Both the position numbers and the translations under genes were made by a program. The notes under the pieces are model-generated. The model was not told the DNA's origin and ran no database searches. It saw only the letters and a program-made list of their open reading frames with translations. Below, piece by piece: positions 61,688 through 64,000 of a stretch of DNA of 64,000 bases. Source of the stretch: Roseibacillus sp. (GTDB lineage: Bacteria; Verrucomicrobiota; Verrucomicrobiia; Verrucomicrobiales; Akkermansiaceae); assembly GCA_965242925.1 (NCBI GenBank), contig CBDEUM010000034.1:128001-192000 (forward strand). The letters run 5' to 3'. How positions within the stretch are numbered: position 1 is the first letter of the stretch; each line of letters begins with the position of its first letter.

Positions 61688-64000
61688 TCAGGCGGGAGCA
61701 CCAACCGGTTCCGGTAAGGGGCCGTCATCCTCGACGTCGTCCTCCCCCTTCTTGCTGGAAGCGGCGGGGGCACTATCGGAAGGCAACTCGGGCGGCTTGG
61801 GAGTCTGGGGCGGTTCTTCATCTCGCCATGCTCGATGAGATCACGAATTTGATCCCCGCTGAGTGTCTCATACTCGAGAAGCGCCTCGGCGATCAGTTCA
61901 AGTTTGTCCCGCTTCTCGGTGAGAATCCGCTTCGCGTCGGCGTAGGCACGATCGATGATACGCTTGATCTCGGCATCGATCTTCTTCGCGGTCTCTTCAG
62001 AGTAGTTCTTTGCCTTTGCGATATCCCGGGCCAGGAAGACCTCGTCCCGGGACTCCCCGTATTCCACCATCCCGAGCTCCTCACTCATTCCCCACTCGCA
62101 CACCATGCGGCGGGCCAGGGTGGTCGCCTGACGAATGTCGCCGGATGCGCCATTGGTCACGTCCCCGAAAACGATCTCCTCCGCGACCCGTCCTCCCATC
62201 GTGACGATGAGCTGCTCCTGGCCCTCGATCCTGTGAACCTGAAACTTGTCCTCCTCGGGTAGGTGAAAAGCCGCTCCGAGGTACGGTCCCCGCGGGATGA
62301 TGGTGACCTTGTGCAGCTGGTCAGTATGTTCAAGGGTGGCGAGGAGAAGGGCGTGACCCGCTTCGTGATAGGCCGTCAATTTCTTCTCTTTCTCGCTGAG
62401 CGCAAGGCTGCGGCGCTCCCGTCCCCAGCGCACCTTGTCACGGGCTTCCTCAAGCTCAGGCAGGGTGACCGCATTGAGATCCTTGCTCGCCGCTAACAGG
62501 GCCGCTTCATTGATGATGTTGGCCAGTTCCGCCCCGGAGAAGCCCGGTGTCCCGCGTGCCACCGTCCCCAGATTGGTTCCAGCCGCCAGCTTGATCTTCT
62601 TGGCATGCACCTTGAGGATCTGCTCCCGCCCCTTCACGTCAGGCAAGGAGACGGTTACCTGGCGATCAAAGCGCCCCGGGCGCAGGAGGGCGGGATCGAG
62701 CACGTCAGGCCGGTTCGTAGCGGCAATAATGATAACTCCCTCCTGAGTGTCAAACCCGTCCATTTCCACAAGGAGGGCATTAAGCGTCTGCTCCCGCTCG
62801 TCGTGACCACCCCCCAATCCGTGACCCCGGTGGCGACCAACGGCATCGATCTCGTCAATAAAGATAAGGCAGGGGGCCTGCTTCTTGCCCTGCTCGAACA
62901 TGTCCCGCACCCTGCTGGCACCCACCCCAACGAACATTTCCACAAAATCCGAACCACTGATAGTGAAGAACGGAACGCTGGCCTCTCCCGCAATGGCCCG
63001 GGCCAGCAGCGTTTTCCCTGTTCCGGGAGGCCCGATCATCAGGACGCCCTTGGGGATACTCGCACCCAGTTTCTGGAACTTACGAGGATCCTTGAGGAAA
63101 TCGACAATCTCCCAGAGTTCTTCCTTGGCCTCCTGGATGCCCGCCACATCCTTGAAGGTCACCTTGTTCCCCTCCATGTCCGTCATGCGCGCCTTGCTCT
63201 TGCCGAAGCTCATCGCTCCCCGCCCGGCCTGCTTCATCTGGTGGCGAAAAAGAAGGAAAAGCAGGACAATAAGGATCAGGATGGGCAGAAAACTGAGCAG
63301 GACCGTTCGCAGGTAGTTCGTCTCCGACCGGTAGGGCACCTTGCTGTTGAAAAGCATATTAAGCTCTTCCTGCATGGCCATGATGTTGACCGGAACACGG
63401 ATTTTCTCGGGTTTGAGTTCCCGGATCGCTTCAAACCCCATGGCCTCCCTCGGTTGACGGGTTCCCATCAGATAGGCGTCTCCTGTATTGGGGATGGCAG
63501 CAAGCCTGAGAGCATTCGCTTCCAGGAACACTTCGTCTCCCGCGACCCACTGCTCGAATTCAGCGAAGGTGCGGTCCTGATCCTCCAGTCCCGTGGCGTC
63601 CTCAGGCGGCACACTCTGCACGCGGGAGCCCAGCAATCTGGTCAACTTGGGACCGTCCAGATCAAGATTGATCCGGATCCGGAAAGACCGCGGCGACTCG
63701 TCCTTGCGGCGGATACTCGTGGGATTCTTGGTCCGGTAACCTACGATTTGGGCGTTGAACGAGGATTCATTGGTAACAACTTCGAGTGGATACTGCTTCA
63801 CTTCCTTGACGATCAACCCCTTCTCCAGATCGGACTTGAACTCGCTGAAGGAGATCGACTTGCCCTTGCCCTTCCCGGCGCCTGAGAGGGCTATGGTAAG
63901 GAGGCCCAGGGCAATCGCGAAGAGAAGGAGGACCCGCCAATTGAATCCACCCGATTCACTCGGTTTGCGGGGATCCTTGGGGCCGGGGTTCGGGGGGTGT
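61688..64000 (-). CDS. ftsH: ATP-dependent zinc metalloprotease FtsH (5' end outside window; 1-nt frameshift near 61812)
   Basis: [48 protein letters not shown]; frame open to the window edge through a first TM segment. Confidence 0.95.

Overview
64 kb of GC-rich bacterial chromosome. Gene content (PVC-type heme CxxCH/DUF1080 protein, DUF1552, sulfatase, C-terminal ...FYRV-type secreted proteins) suggests Verrucomicrobiota or a related PVC lineage; this is inference. The left ~15 kb is accessory: secreted and periplasmic proteins plus a VCBS-repeat surface protein built from apparently exact 948-bp tandem repeats. The rest is mostly housekeeping: selB, tyrA-aroA-cmk-plsC, gatCA, leuB, a 2-oxoacid dehydrogenase, parA, mreBCD-mrdA-rng, trpD, rodA, thiG, mdh, yebC, rho, thiD, tRNA-Gln, prfA-prmC-murA and ftsH. 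Main discoveries: (1) a MoeB/ThiF-rhodanese gene, split in the ORF track, whose single in-frame TGA falls at the conserved catalytic-loop Cys and is followed by SECIS-like hairpins; with selB in the same window, it is a probable selenoprotein; (2) a divergent IF-1 paralog overlapping the start of selB; (3) a 28-bp dif-like site at 36444-36471, on which KOPS motifs converge, next to an orphan parA; (4) a membrane protein with a HEPN-like Rx4H domain; (5) a DnaA-box cluster that is probably not oriC. Two frameshifts look like indel errors. All calls were made by eye from motifs; no database searches were run.
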